Shown here piece by piece: positions 9,901 to 24,600 of a DNA stretch of 64,000 nt (positions are counted from its first letter, which is position 1; every line of letters begins with the position of its first letter). The notes under the pieces are model-generated. The model was given only the letters and a program-made list of their open reading frames with translations, was not told the DNA's origin and searched no databases. Position numbers and translations under genes: made by a program. The DNA is from Auanema rhodensis (lineage: Eukaryota > Animalia > Nematoda). Location: positions 22,010,001 through 22,074,000 of the forward strand of contig OZ059894.1 in assembly GCA_964057225.1 (NCBI GenBank). The letters are read 5' to 3'.

Positions 9901-12900
9901 ATATCAACTGATATAAGTTCACACTTATATCCTCGATTTTCACCCTGAAGAATTAATTTTTTCGTTGAATAACATTGTCCATCGTCTTTGCCTTAAAAAC
10001 AGGAATCTAAAAACATCTACTTTTTGCTAAAATATTTTGAAATTTTTCGAAAAAATTTTTGTCAAAATGTTTTTGGAAGCAATGTTGAGTGTACATGGAA
10101 ACTCAACATACACTAATGCATCATTTTTCAAACGATCATAACTAATTTTTGTATCAAGCGTTTCTTGATGTAGTATAGTGCATTCGATGCGGATTTTTAA
10201 GCTGCGTCGATCTGTGTTATCAGATTTGCGCTAGCTTAAAAATGCACCGAGATATCAACTGATATAAGTTCACACTTATATCCTCGATTTTCACCCTGAA
10301 GATTTAATTTTTTCGTTGAATAACATTGTCCATCGTCTTTGCCTTAAAAAAAGGAATCTAAAAACATCTACTTTTTGCTAAATTATTTTGAAATTTTTCG
10401 AAAAAATTTTTGTCAAAATGTTTTTTGAAGCAATGTTGAGTGTACATGGAAACTCAACATACACTAATGCATCATTTTTCAAACGATCATAACTAATTTT
10501 TGTATTAAGCGTTTCTCAATGTTGTATAGTGCATTCGATGCGGATTTTTAAGCTGCGTCGATCTGTGTTATCAGATTTGCGCTAGCTTAAAAATGCACCG
10601 AGATATCAACTGATATAAGTTCACACTTATATCCTCGATTTTCACCCTGAAGAATTAATTTTTTCGTTGAATAACATTGTCCATCGTCTTTGCCTTAAAA
10701 ACAGGAATCTAAAAACATCTACTTTTTGCTAAAATATTTTGAAATTTTTCGAAAAAATTTTTGTCAAAATGTTTTTGGAAGCAATGTTGAGTGTACATGG
10801 AAACTCAACATACACTAATGCATCATTTTTCAAACGATCATAACTAATTTTTGTATCAAGCGTTTCTTGATGTAGTATAGTGCATTCGATGCGGTTTTTC
10901 AAGCTGCGTCGATCTGTGTTATCAGATTTGCGCTAGCTTAAAAATGCACCGAGATATCAACTGATATAAGTTCACACTTATATCCTCGATTTTCACCCTG
11001 AAGAATTAATTTTTTCGTTGAATAACATTGTCTATCGTCTTTGCCTTGAAAAATGGAATCTAAAAACATCTACTTTTTGCTAAATTATTTTGAAATTTTT
11101 CGAAAAAATTTTTGTCAAAATGTTTTTTGAAGCAATGTTGAGTGTACATGGAAACTCAACATACACTAATGCATCATTTTTCAAACGAACATAACTAATT
11201 TTTGTATCAAGCGTTTCTCAATGTAGTATAGTGCATTCGATGCGGATTTTTAAGCTGCGTCGATCTGTGTTATCAGATTTGCGCTAGCTTAAAAATGCAC
11301 CGAGATATCAACTGATATAAGTTCACACTTATATCCTCGATTTTCACCCTGAAGAATCAATTTTTTCGTTGAATAACATTGTCCATCGTCTTTGCCTCAA
11401 AAAAAGGAATCTAAAAACATCTACTTTTTGCTAAATTATTTTGAAATTTTTCGAAAAAATTTTTGTCAAAATGTTTTTTGAAGCAATGTTGAGTGTACAT
11501 GGAAACTCAACACACACTAATGCATCATTTTTCAAACGATCATAACTAATTTTTGTATTAAGCGTTTCTCAATGTTGTATAGTGCATTCGATGCGGATTT
11601 TTAAGCTGCGTCGATCTGTGTTATCAGATTTGCGCTAGCTTAAAAATGCACCGAGATATCAACTGATATAAGTTCACACTTATATCCTCGATTTTCACCC
11701 TGAAGAATTAATTTTTTCGTTGAATAACATTGTCCATCGTCTTTGCCTTAAAAACAGGAATCTAAAAACATCTACTTTTTGCTAAAATATTTTGAAATTT
11801 TTCGAAAAAATTTTTGTCAAAATGTTTTTGGAAGCAATGTTGAGTGTACATGGAAACTCAACATACACTAATGCATCATTTTTCAAACGATCATAACTAA
11901 TTTTTGTATCAAGCGTTTCTTGATGTAGTATAGTGCATTCGATGCGGATTTTTAAGCTGCGTCGATCTGTGTTATCAGATTTGCGCTAGCTTAAAAATGC
12001 ACCGAGATATCAACTGATATAAGTTCACACTTATATCCTCGATTTTCACCCTGAAGAATTAATTTTTTCGTTGAATAACATTGTCCATCGTCTTTGCCTT
12101 AAAAACAGGAATCTAAAAACATCTACTTTTTGCTAAAATATTTTGAAATTTTTCGAAAAAATTTTTGTCAAAATGTTTTTGGAAGCAATGTTGAGTGTAC
12201 ATGGAAACTCAACATACACTAATGCATCATTTTTCAAACGATCATAACTAATTTTTGTATCAAGCGTTTCTTGATGTAGTATAGTGCATTCGATGCGGAT
12301 TTTTAAGCTGCGTCGATCTGTGTTATCAGATTTGCGCTAGCTTAAAAATGCACCGAGATATCAACTGATATAAGTTCACACTTATATCCTCGATTTTCAC
12401 CCTGAAGAATTAATTTTTTCGTTGAATAACATTGTCTATCGTCTTTGCCTTGAAAAATGGAATCTAAAAACATCTACTTTTTGCTAAATTATTTTGAAAT
12501 TTTTCGAAAAAATTTTTGTCAAAATGTTTTTTGAAGCAATGTTGAGTGTACATGGAAACTCAACATACACTAATGCATCATTTTTCAAACGAACATAACT
12601 AATTTTTGTATCAAGCGTTTCTCAATGTAGTATAGTGCATTCGATGCGGATTTTTAAGCTGCGTCGATCTGTGTTATCAAATTTGCGCTAGCTTCAAAAT
12701 GCACCGAGATATCAACTGATATAAGTTCACACTTATATCCTCGATTTTCACCCTGAAGAATTAATTTTTTCGTTGAATAACATTGTCCATCGTCTTTGCC
12801 TTAAAAACAGGAATCTAAAAACATCTACTTTTTGCTAAATTATTATGAAATTTTTCGAAAAAATTTTTGTCAAAATGTTTTTTGAAGCAATGTTGAGTGT

Positions 12901-15900
12901 ACATGGAAACTCAACATACACTAATGCATCATTTTTCAAACGATCATAACTAATTTTTGTATTAAGCGTTTCTCAATGTAGTATAGTGCATTCGATGCGG
13001 ATTTTTAAGCTGCGTCGATCTGTGTTATCAGATTTGCGCTAGCTTCAAAATGCACCGAGATATCAACTGATATAAGTTCACACTTATATCCTCGATTTTC
13101 ACCCTGAAGAATTAATTTTTTCGTTGAATAACATTGTCCATCGTCTTTGCCTTAAAAACAGGAATCTAAAAACATCTACTTTTTGCTAAATTATTATGAA
13201 ATTTTTCGAAAAAATTTTTGTCAAAATGTTTTTGGAAGCAATGTTGAGTGTACATGGAAACTCAACATACACTAATGCATCATTTTTCAAACGATCATAA
13301 CTAATTTTTGTATTAAGCGTTTCTCAATGTAGTATAGTGCATTCGATGCGGATTTTTAAGCTGCGTCGATCTGTGTTATCAGATTTGCGCTAGCTTAAAA
13401 ATGCACCGAGATATCAACTGATATAAGTTCACACTTATATCCTCGATTTTCACCCTGAAGAATCAATTTTTTCGTTGAATAACATTGTCCATCGTCTTTG
13501 CCTCAAAAAAAGGAATCTAAAAACATCTACTTTTTGCTAAATTATTTTGAAATTTTTCGAAAAAATTTTTGTCAAAATGTTTTTGGAAGCAATGTTGAGT
13601 GTACATGGAAACTCAACATACACTAATGCATCATTTTTCAAACGATCATAACTAATTTTTGTATCAAGCGTTTCTTGATGTAGTATAGTGCATTCGATGC
13701 GGATTTTTAAGCTGCGTCGATCTGTGCTATCAGATTTGCGCTAGCTTCAAAATGCACCGAGATATCAACTGATATAAGTTCACACTTATATCCTCGATTT
13801 TCACCCTGAAGAATTAATTTTTTCGTTGAATAACATTGTCCATCGTCTTTGCCTTAAAAACAGGAATCTAAAAACATCTACTTTTTGCTAAATTATTATG
13901 AAATTTTTCGAAAAAATTTTTGTCAAAATGTTTTTGGAAGCAATGTTGAGTGTACATGGAAACTCAACATACACTAATGCATCATTTTTCAAACGAACAT
14001 AACTAATTTTTGTATTAAGCGTTTCTCAATGTAGTATAGTGCATTCGATGCGGATTTTTAAGCTGCGTCGATCTGTGTTATCAGATTTGCGCTAGCTTAA
14101 AAATGCACCGAGATATCAACTGATATAAGTTCACACTTATATCCTCGATTTTCACCCTGAAGAATCAATTTTTTCGTTGAATAACATTGTCCATCGTCTT
14201 TGCCTCAAAAAAAGGAATCTAAAAACATCTACTTTTTGCTAAATTATTATGAAATTTTTCGAAAAAATTTTTGTCAAAATGTTTTTGGAAGCAATGTTGA
14301 GTGTACATGGAAACTCAACATACACTAATGCATCATTTTTCAAACGAACATAACTAATTTTTGTATTAAGCGTTTCTCAATGTAGTATAGTGCATTCGAT
14401 GCGGATTTTTAAGCTGCGTCGATCTGTGTTATCAGATTTGCGCTAGCTTAAAAATGCACCGAGATATCAACTGATATAAGTTCACACTTATATCCTCGAT
14501 TTTCACCCTGAAGAATCAATTTTTTCGTTGAATAACATTGTCCATCGTCTTTGCCTCAAAAAAAGGAATCTAAAAACATCTACTTTTTGCTAAATTATTT
14601 TGAAATTTTTCGAAAAAATTTTTGTCAAAATGTTTTTGGAAGCAATGTTGAGTGTACATGGAAACTCAACATACACTAATGCATCATTTTTCAAACGATC
14701 ATAACTAATTTTTGTATCAAGCGTTTCTTGATGTAGTATAGTGCATTCGATGCGGATTTTTAAGCTGCGTCGATCTGTGTTATCAGATTTGCGCTAGCTT
14801 CAAAATGCACCGAGATATCAACTGATATAAGTTCACACTTATATCCTCGATTTTCACCCTGAAGAATTAATTTTTTCGTTGAATAACATTGTCCATCGTC
14901 TTTGCCTTAAAAACAGGAATCTAAAAACATCTACTTTTTGCTAAATTATTATGAAATTTTTCGAAAAAATTTTTGTCAAAATGTTTTTGGAAGCAATGTT
15001 GAGTGTACATGGAAACTCAACATACACTAATGCATCATTTTTCAAACGATCATAACTAATTTTTGTATTAAGCGTTTCTCAATGTAGTATAGTGCATTCG
15101 ATGCGGATTTTTAAGCTGCGTCGATCTGTGTTATCAGATTTGCGCTAGCTTAAAAATGCACCGAGATATCAACTGATATAAGTTCACACTTATATCCTCG
15201 ATTTTCACCCTGAAGAATCAATTTTTTCGTTGAATAACATTGTCCATCGTCTTTGCCTCAAAAAAAGGAATCTAAAAACATCTACTTTTTGCTAAATTAT
15301 TTTGAAATTTTTCGAAAAAATTTTTGTCAAAATGTTTTTGGAAGCAATGTTGAGTGTACATGGAAACTCAACATACACTAATGCATCATTTTTCAAACGA
15401 TCATAACTAATTTTTGTATCAAGCGTTTCTTGATGTAGTATAGTGCATTCGATGCGGATTTTTAAGCTGCGTCGATCTGTGTTATCAGATTTGCGCTAGC
15501 TTAAAAATGCACCGAGATATCAACTGATATAAGTTCACACTTATATCCTCGATTTTCACCCTGAAGAATTAATTTTTTCGTTGAATAACATTGTCTATCG
15601 TCTTTGCCTTGAAAAATGGAATCTAAAAACATCTACTTTTTGCTAAATTATTTTGAAATTTTTCGAAAAAATTTTTGTCAAAATGTTTTTTGAAGCAATG
15701 TTGAGTGTACATGGAAACTCAACATACACTAATGCATCATTTTTCAAACGAACATAACTAATTTTTGTATCAAGCGTTTCTCAATGTAGTATAGTGCATT
15801 CGATGCGGATTTTTAAGCTGCGTCGATCTGTGTTATCAAATTTGCGCTAGCTTCAAAATGCACCGAGATATCAACTGATATAAGTTCACACTTATATCCT

Positions 15901-18653
15901 CGATTTTCACCCTGAAGAATTAATTTTTTCGTTGAATAACATTGTCCATCGTCTTTGCCTTAAAAACAGGAATCTAAAAACATCTACTTTTTGCTAAATT
16001 ATTATGAAATTTTTCGAAAAAATTTTTGTCAAAATGTTTTTTGAAGCAATGTTGAGTGTACATGGAAACTCAACATACACTAATGCATCATTTTTCAAAC
16101 GATCATAACTAATTTTTGTATTAAGCGTTTCTCAATGTAGTATAGTGCATTCGATGCGGATTTTTAAGCTGCGTCGATCTGTGTTATCAGATTTGCGCTA
16201 GCTTCAAAATGCACCGAGATATCAACTGATATAAGTTCACACTTATATCCTCGATTTTCACCCTGAAGAATTAATTTTTTCGTTGAATAACATTGTCCAT
16301 CGTCTTTGCCTTAAAAACAGGAATCTAAAAACATCTACTTTTTGCTAAATTATTATGAAATTTTTCGAAAAAATTTTTGTCAAAATGTTTTTGGAAGCAA
16401 TGTTGAGTGTACATGGAAACTCAACATACACTAATGCATCATTTTTCAAACGATCATAACTAATTTTTGTATTAAGCGTTTCTCAATGTAGTATAGTGCA
16501 TTCGATGCGGATTTTTAAGCTGCGTCGATCTGTGTTATCAGATTTGCGCTAGCTTAAAAATGCACCGAGATATCAACTGATATAAGTTCACACTTATATC
16601 CTCGATTTTCACCCTGAAGAATCAATTTTTTCGTTGAATAACATTGTCCATCGTCTTTGCCTCAAAAAAAGGAATCTAAAAACATCTACTTTTTGCTAAA
16701 TTATTTTGAAATTTTTCGAAAAAATTTTTGTCAAAATGTTTTTTGAAGCAATGTTGAGTGTACATGGAAACTCAACATACACTAATGCATCATTTTTCAA
16801 ACGAACATAACTAATTTTTGTATCAAGCGTTTCTTGATGTAGTATAGTGCATTCGATGCGGATTTTTAAGCTGCGTCGATCTGTGTTATCAGATTTGCGC
16901 TAGCTTAAAAATGCACCGAGATATCAACTGATATAAGTTCACACTTATATCCTCGATTTTCACCCTGAAGAATTAATTTTTTCGTTGAATAACATTGTCC
17001 ATCGTCTTTGCCTTAAAAACAGGAATCTAAAAACATCTACTTTTTGCTAAAATATTTTGAAATTTTTCGAAAAAATTTTTGTCAAAATGTTTTTGGAAGC
17101 AATGTTGAGTGTACATGGAAACTCAACATACACTAATGCATCATTTTTCAAACGATCATAACTAATTTTTGTATCAAGCGTTTCTTGATGTAGTATAGTG
17201 CATTCGATGCGGATTTTTAAGCTGCGTCGATCTGTGTTATCAGATTTGCGCTAGCTTAAAAATGCACCGAGATATCAACTGATATAAGTTCACACTTATA
17301 TCCTCGATTTTCACCCTGAAGAATTAATTTTTTCGTTGAATAACATTGTCTATCGTCTTTGCCTTGAAAAATGGAATCTAAAAACATCTACTTTTTGCTA
17401 AATTATTTTGAAATTTTTCGAAAAAATTTTTGTCAAAATGTTTTTTGAAGCAATGTTGAGTGTACATGGAAACTCAACATACACTAATGCATCATTTTTC
17501 AAACGAACATAACTAATTTTTGTATCAAGCGTTTCTCAATGTAGTATAGTGCATTCGATGCGGATTTTTAAGCTGCGTCGATCTGTGTTATCAAATTTGC
17601 GCTAGCTTCAAAATGCACCGAGATATCAACTGATATAAGTTCACACTTATATCCTCGATTTTCACCCTGAAGAATTAATTTTTTCGTTGAATAACATTGT
17701 CCATCGTCTTTGCCTTAAAAACAGGAATCTAAAAACATCTACTTTTTGCTAAATTATTATGAAATTTTTCGAAAAAATTTTTGTCAAAATGTTTTTGGAA
17801 GCAATGTTGAGTGTACATGGAAACTCAACATACACTAATGCATCATTTTTCAAACGATCATAACTAATTTTTGTATTAAGCGTTTCTCAATGTAGTATAG
17901 TGCATTCGATGCGGATTTTTAAGCTGCGTCGATCTGTGTTATCAGATTTGCGCTAGCTTAAAAATGCACCGAGATATCAACTGATATAAGTTCACACTTA
18001 TATCCTCGATTTTCACCCTGAAGAATCAATTTTTTCGTTGAATAACATTGTCCATCGTCTTTGCCTCAAAAAAAGGAATCTAAAAACATCTACTTTTTGC
18101 TAAATTATTTTGAAATTTTTCGAAAAAATTTTTGTCAAAATGTTTTTTGAAGCAATGTTGAGTGTACATGGAAACTCAACATACACTAATGCATCATTTT
18201 TCAAACGAACATAACTAATTTTTGTATCAAGCGTTTCTCAATGTAGTATAGTGCATTCGATGCGGATTTTTAAGCTGCGTCGATCTGTGTTATCAAATTT
18301 GCGCTAGCTTAAAAATGCACCGAGATATCAACTGATATAAGTTCACACTTATATCCTCGATTTTCACCCTGAAGAATTAATTTTTTCGTTGAATAACATT
18401 GTCCATCGTCTTTGCCTTAAAAACAGGAATCTAAAAACATCTACTTTTTGCTAAATTATTATGAAATTTTTCGAAAAAATTTTTGTCAAAATGTTTTTGG
18501 AAGCAATGTTGAGTGTACATGGAAACTCAACATACACTAATGCATCATTTTTCAAACGATCATAACTAATTTTTGTATTAAGCGTTTCTCAATGTAGTAT
18601 AGTGCATTCGATGCGGATTTTTAAGCTGCGTCGATCTGTGTTATCAGATTTGC

Positions 18654-21600
18654 GCTAGCTTAAAAATGCACCGAGATATCAACTGATATAAGTTCACACT
18701 TATATCCTCGATTTTCACCATGAAGAATTAATTTTTTCGTTGAATAACATTGTCCATCGTCTTTGCCTTGAAAAAAGGAATCTAAAAACATCTACTTTTT
18801 GCTGAATTATTTTGAAATTTTTCGAAAAAATTTTTGTCAAAATGTTTTTGGAAGCAATGTTGAGTGTACATGGAAACTCAACATACACTAATGCATCATT
18901 TTTCAAACGATCATAACTAATTTTTGTATCAAACGTTTCTCAATGTAGTATTGTGCATTCGATGCGGATTTTTAAGCTGCGTCGATCTGTGTTATCAGAT
19001 TTGCGCTAGCTTAAAAATGCACCGAGATATCAACTGATATAAGTTCACACTTATATCCTCGATTTTCACCCTGAAGAATTAATTTTTTCGTTGAATAACA
19101 TTGTCCATCGTCTTTGCCTTAAAAAAAGGAATCTAAAAACATCTACTTTTTGCTAAATTATTTTGAAATTTTTCGAAAAAATTTTTGTCAAAATGTTTTT
19201 GGAAGCAATGTTGAGTGTACATGGAAACTCAACATACACTAATGCATCATTTTTCAAACGATCATAACTAATTTTTGTATCAAACGTTTCTCAATGTAGT
19301 ATAGTGCATTCGATGCGGATTTTTAAGCTGCGTCGATCTGTGTTATCAGATTTGCGCTAGCTTAAAAATGCACCGAGATATCAACTGATATAAGTTCACA
19401 CTTATATCCTCGATTTTCACCCTGAAGAATTAATTTTTTCGTTGAATAACATTGTCCATCGTCTTTGCCTTGAAAAAAGGAATCTAAAAACATCTACTTT
19501 TTGCTGAATTATTTTGAAATTTTTCGAAAAAATTTTTGTCAAAATGTTTTTGGAAGCAATGTTGAGTGTACATGGAAACTCAACATACACTAATGCATCA
19601 TTTTTCAAACGATCATAACTAATTTGTGTATTAAGCGTTTCTCAATGTAGTATAGTGCATTCGATGCGGATTTTTAAGCTGCGTCGATCTGTGTTATCAG
19701 ATTTGCGCTAGCTTAAAAATGCACCGAGATATCAACTGATATAAGTTCACACTTATATCCTCGATTTTCACCCTGAAGAATTAATTTTTTCGTTGAATAA
19801 CATTGTCCATCGTCTTTGCCTTAAAAAAAGGAATCTAAAAACATATACTTTTTGCTAAATTATTTTGAAATTTTTCGAAAAAATTTTTGTCAAAATGTTT
19901 TTGGAAGCAATGTTGAGTGTACATGGAAACTCAACATACACTAATGCATCATTTTTCAAACGATCATAACTAATTTTTGTATCAAACGTTTCTCAATGTA
20001 GTATAGTGCATTCGATGCGGATTTTTAAGCTGCGTCGATCTGTGTTATCAGATTTGCGCTAGCTTAAAAATGCACCGAGATATCAACTGATATAAGTTCA
20101 CACTTATATCCTCGATTTTCACCCTGAAGAATTAATTTTTTCGTTGAATAACATTGTCCATCGTCTTTGCCTTGAAAAAAGGAATCTAAAAACATCTACT
20201 TTTTGCTGAATTATTTTGAAATTTTTCGAAAAAATTTTTGTCAAAATGTTTTTGGAAGCAATGTTGAGTGTACATGGAAACTCAACATACACTAATGCAT
20301 CATTTTTCAAACGATCATAACTTATTTTTGTATTAAGCGTTTCTCAATGTAGTATAGTGCATTCGTTGCGGATTTTTAAGCTGCGTCGATCTGTGTTATC
20401 AGATTTGCGCTAGCTTAAAAATGCACCGAGATATCAACTGATATAAGTTCACACTTATATCCTCGATTTTCACCCTGAAGAATTAATTTTTTCGTTGAAT
20501 AACATTGTCCATCGTCTTTGCCTTGAAAAAAGGAATCTAAAAACATCTACTTTTTGCTAAATTATTTTGAAATTTTTCGAAAAAATTTTTGTCAAAATGT
20601 TTTTGGAAGCAATGTTGAGTGTACATGGAAACTCAACATACACTAATGCATCATTTTTCAAACGATCATAACTTATTTTTGTATTAAGCGTTTCTCAATG
20701 TAGTATAGTGCATTCGATGCGGATTTTTAAGCTGCGTCGATCTGTGTTATCAGATTTGCGCTAGCTTAAAAATGCACCGAGATATCAACTGATATAAGTT
20801 CACACTTATATCCTCGATTTTCACCCTGAAGAATTAATTTTTTCGTTGAATAACATTGTCCATCGTCTTTGCCTTGAAAAAAGGAATCTAAAAACATCTA
20901 CTTTTTGCTAAATTATTTTGAAATTTTTCGAAAAAATTTTTGTCAAAATGTTTTTGGAAGCAATGTTGAGTGTACATGGAAACTCAACATACACTAATGC
21001 ATCATTTTTCAAACGATCATAACTAATTTTTGTATTAAGCGTTTCTCAATGTAGTATAGTGCATTCGTTGCGGATTTTTAAGCTGCGTCGATCTGTGTTA
21101 TCAGATTTGCGCTAGCTTAAAAATGCACCGAGATATCAACTGATATAAGTTCACACAAATATCCTCGATTTTCACCCTGAAGAATCAATTTTTTCGTTGA
21201 ATAACATTGTCCATCGTCTTTGCCTTGAAAAAAGGAATCTAAAAACATCTACTTTTTGCTGAATTATTTTGAAATTTTTCGAAAAAATTTTTGTCAAAAT
21301 GTTTTTGGAAGCAATGTTGAGTGTACATGGAAACTCAACACACACTAATGCATCATTTTTCAAACGATCATAACTAATTTGTGTATTAAGCGTTTCTCAA
21401 TGTAGTATAGTGCATTCGATGCGGATTTTTAAGCTGCGTCGATCTGTGTTATCAGATTTGCGCTAGCTTAAAAATGCACCGAGATATCAACTGATATAAG
21501 TTTACACTTATATCCTCGATTTTCACCCTGAAGAATTAATTTTTTCGTTGAATAACATTGTCCATCGTCTTTGCCTTAAAAAATGGAATCTAAAAACATC

Positions 21601-24600
21601 TACTTTTTGCTAAATTATTTTGAAATTTTTCGAAAAAATTTTTGTCAAAATGTTTTTGGAAGCAATGTTGAGTGTACATGGAAACTCAACACACACTAAT
21701 GCATCATTTTTCAAACGATCATAACTAATTTGTGTATTAAGCGTTTCTCAATGTAGTATAGTGCATTCAATGCGGATTTTTAAGCTGCGTCGATCTGTGT
21801 TATCAGATTTGCGCTAGCTTAAAAATGCACCGAGATATCAACTGATATAAGTTCACACTTATATCCTCGATTTTCACCCTGAAGAATTAATTTTTTCGTT
21901 GAATAACATTGTCCATCGTCTTTGCCTTAAAAACAGGAATCTAAAAACATCTACTTTTTGCTAAATTATTATGAAATTTTTCGAAAAAATTTTTGTCAAA
22001 ATGTTTTTGGAAGCAATGTTGAGTGTACATGGAAACTCAACATACACTAATGCATCATTTTTCAAACGATCATAACTAATTTTTGTATCAAACGTTTCTC
22101 AATGTAGTATAGTGCATTCGATGCGGATTTTTAAGCTGCGTCGATCTGTGTTATCAGATTTGCGCTAGCTTAAAAATGCACCGAGATATCAACTGATATA
22201 AGTTCACACTTATATCCTCGATTTTCACCCTGAAGAATTAATTTTTTCGTTGAATAACATTGTCCATCGTCTTCGCCTTGAAAAAAGAAATCTAAAAACA
22301 TCTACTTTTTCCTAAATTATTTTGAAATTTTTCGAAAAAATTTTTGTCAAAATGTTTTTGGAAGCAATGTTGAGTGTACATGGAAACTCAACATACACTA
22401 ATGCATCATTTTTCAAACGATCATAACTAATTTTTGTATTAAGCGTTTCTCAATGTAGTATAGTGCATTCGATGCGGATTTTTGAGCTGCGTCGATCTGT
22501 GTTATCAGATTTGCGCTAGCTTTAAAATGCACCGAGATATCAACTGATATAAGTTCACACTTATATCCTCGATTTTCACCCTGAAGAATTAATTTTTTCG
22601 TTGAATAACATTGTCCATCGTCTTTGCCTTGAAAAAAGGAATCTAAAAACATTTACTTTTTCCTAAATTATTTTGAAATTTTTCGAAAAAATTTTTGTCA
22701 AAATGTTTTTGGAAGCAATGTTGAGTGTACATGGAAACTCAACATACACTAATGCATCATTTTTCAAACGATCATAACTAATTTTTGTATTAAGCGTTTC
22801 TCAATGTAGTATAGTGCATTCGATGCGGATTTTTAAGCTGCGTCGATCTGTGTTATCAGATTTGCGCTAGCTTAAAAATGCACCGATATATCATCTGATA
22901 TAAGTTCACACTTATATCCTCGATTTTCACCCTGAAGAATTAATTTTTTCGTTGAATAATATTGTCCATCGTCTTTGCCTTGAAAAATGGAATCTAAAAA
23001 CATCTACTTTTTGCTGAATTATCTTGAAATTTTTCGAAAAAATTTTTGTCAAAATGTTTTTGGAAGCAATGTTGAGTGTACATGGAAACTCAACATACAC
23101 TAATGCATCATTTTTCAAACGATCATAACTAATTTTTGTATCAAACGTTTCTCAATGTAGTATAGTGCATTCGATGCGGATTTTTGAGCTGCGTCGATCT
23201 GTGTTATCAGATTTGCGCTAGCTTTAAAATGCACCGAGATATCAACTGATATAAGTTCACACTTATATCCTCGATTTTCACCCTGAAGAATTAATTTTTT
23301 CGTTGAATAATATTGTCCATCGTCTTTGCCTTGAAAAATGGAATCTAAAAACATCTACTTTTTGCTGAATTATCTTGAAATTTTTCGAAAAAATTTTTGT
23401 CAAAATGTTTTTGGAAGCAATGTTGAGTGTACATGGAAACTCAACATACACTAATGCATCATTTTTCAAACGATCATAACTTATTTTTGTATTAAGCGTT
23501 TCTCAATGTAGTATAGTGCATTCGTTGCGGATTTTTAAGCTGCGTCGATCTGTGTTATCAGATTTGCGCTAGCTTAAAAATGCACCGAGATATCAACTGA
23601 TATAAGTTCACACTTATATCCTCGATTTTCACCCTGAAGAATTAATTTTTTCGTTGAATAACATTGTCCATCGTCTTTGCCTTGAAAAAAGGAATCTAAA
23701 AACATCTACTTTTTGCTGAATTATTTTGAAATTTTTCGAAAAAATTTTTGTCAAAATGTTTTTGGAAGCAATGTTGAGTGTACATGGAAACTCAACATAC
23801 ACTAATGCATCATTTTTCAAACGATCATAACTTATTTTTGTATTAAGCGTTTCTCAATGTAGTATAGTGCATTCGTTGCGGATTTTTAAGCTGCGTCGAT
23901 CTGTGTTATCAGATTTGCGCTAGCTTAAAAATGCACCGAGATATCAACTGATATAAGTTCACACTTATATCCTCGATTTTCACCCTGAAGAATTAATTTT
24001 TTCGTTGAATAACATTGTCCATCGTCTTTGCCTTGAAAAAAGGAATCTAAAAACATCTACTTTTTGCTAAATTATTTTGAAATTTTTCGAAAAAATTTTT
24101 GTCAAAATGTTTTTGGAAGCAATGTTGAGTGTACATGGAAACTCAACATACACTAATGCATCATTTTTCAAACGATCATAACTTATTTTTGTATTAAGCG
24201 TTTCTCAATGTAGTATAGTGCATTCGATGCGGATTTTTAAGCTGCGTCGATCTGTGTTATCAGATTTGCGCTAGCTTAAAAATGCACCGAGATATCAACT
24301 GATATAAGTTCACACTTATATCCTCGATTTTCACCCTGAAGAATTAATTTTTTCGTTGAATAACATTGTCCATCGTCTTTGCCTTGAAAAAAGGAATCTA
24401 AAAACATCTACTTTTTGCTAAATTATTTTGAAATTTTTCGAAAAAATTTTTGTCAAAATGTTTTTGGAAGCAATGTTGAGTGTACATGGAAACTCAACAT
24501 ACACTAATGCATCATTTTTCAAACGATCATAACTAATTTTTGTATTAAGCGTTTCTCAATGTAGTATAGTGCATTCGTTGCGGATTTTTAAGCTGCGTCG

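Larger units (their letters stand above)
1..18653. repeat. Satellite subfamily domain X
   Basis: Carries alleles GTCTATCG, TTTTTTGAAG, ACGAAC, CTTGATG, ATCAAATTT, TGTTGTA and TAAAAACAGG. GCTGAATT is absent, so the track shows no 63-aa ORFs here. Confidence 0.85.
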
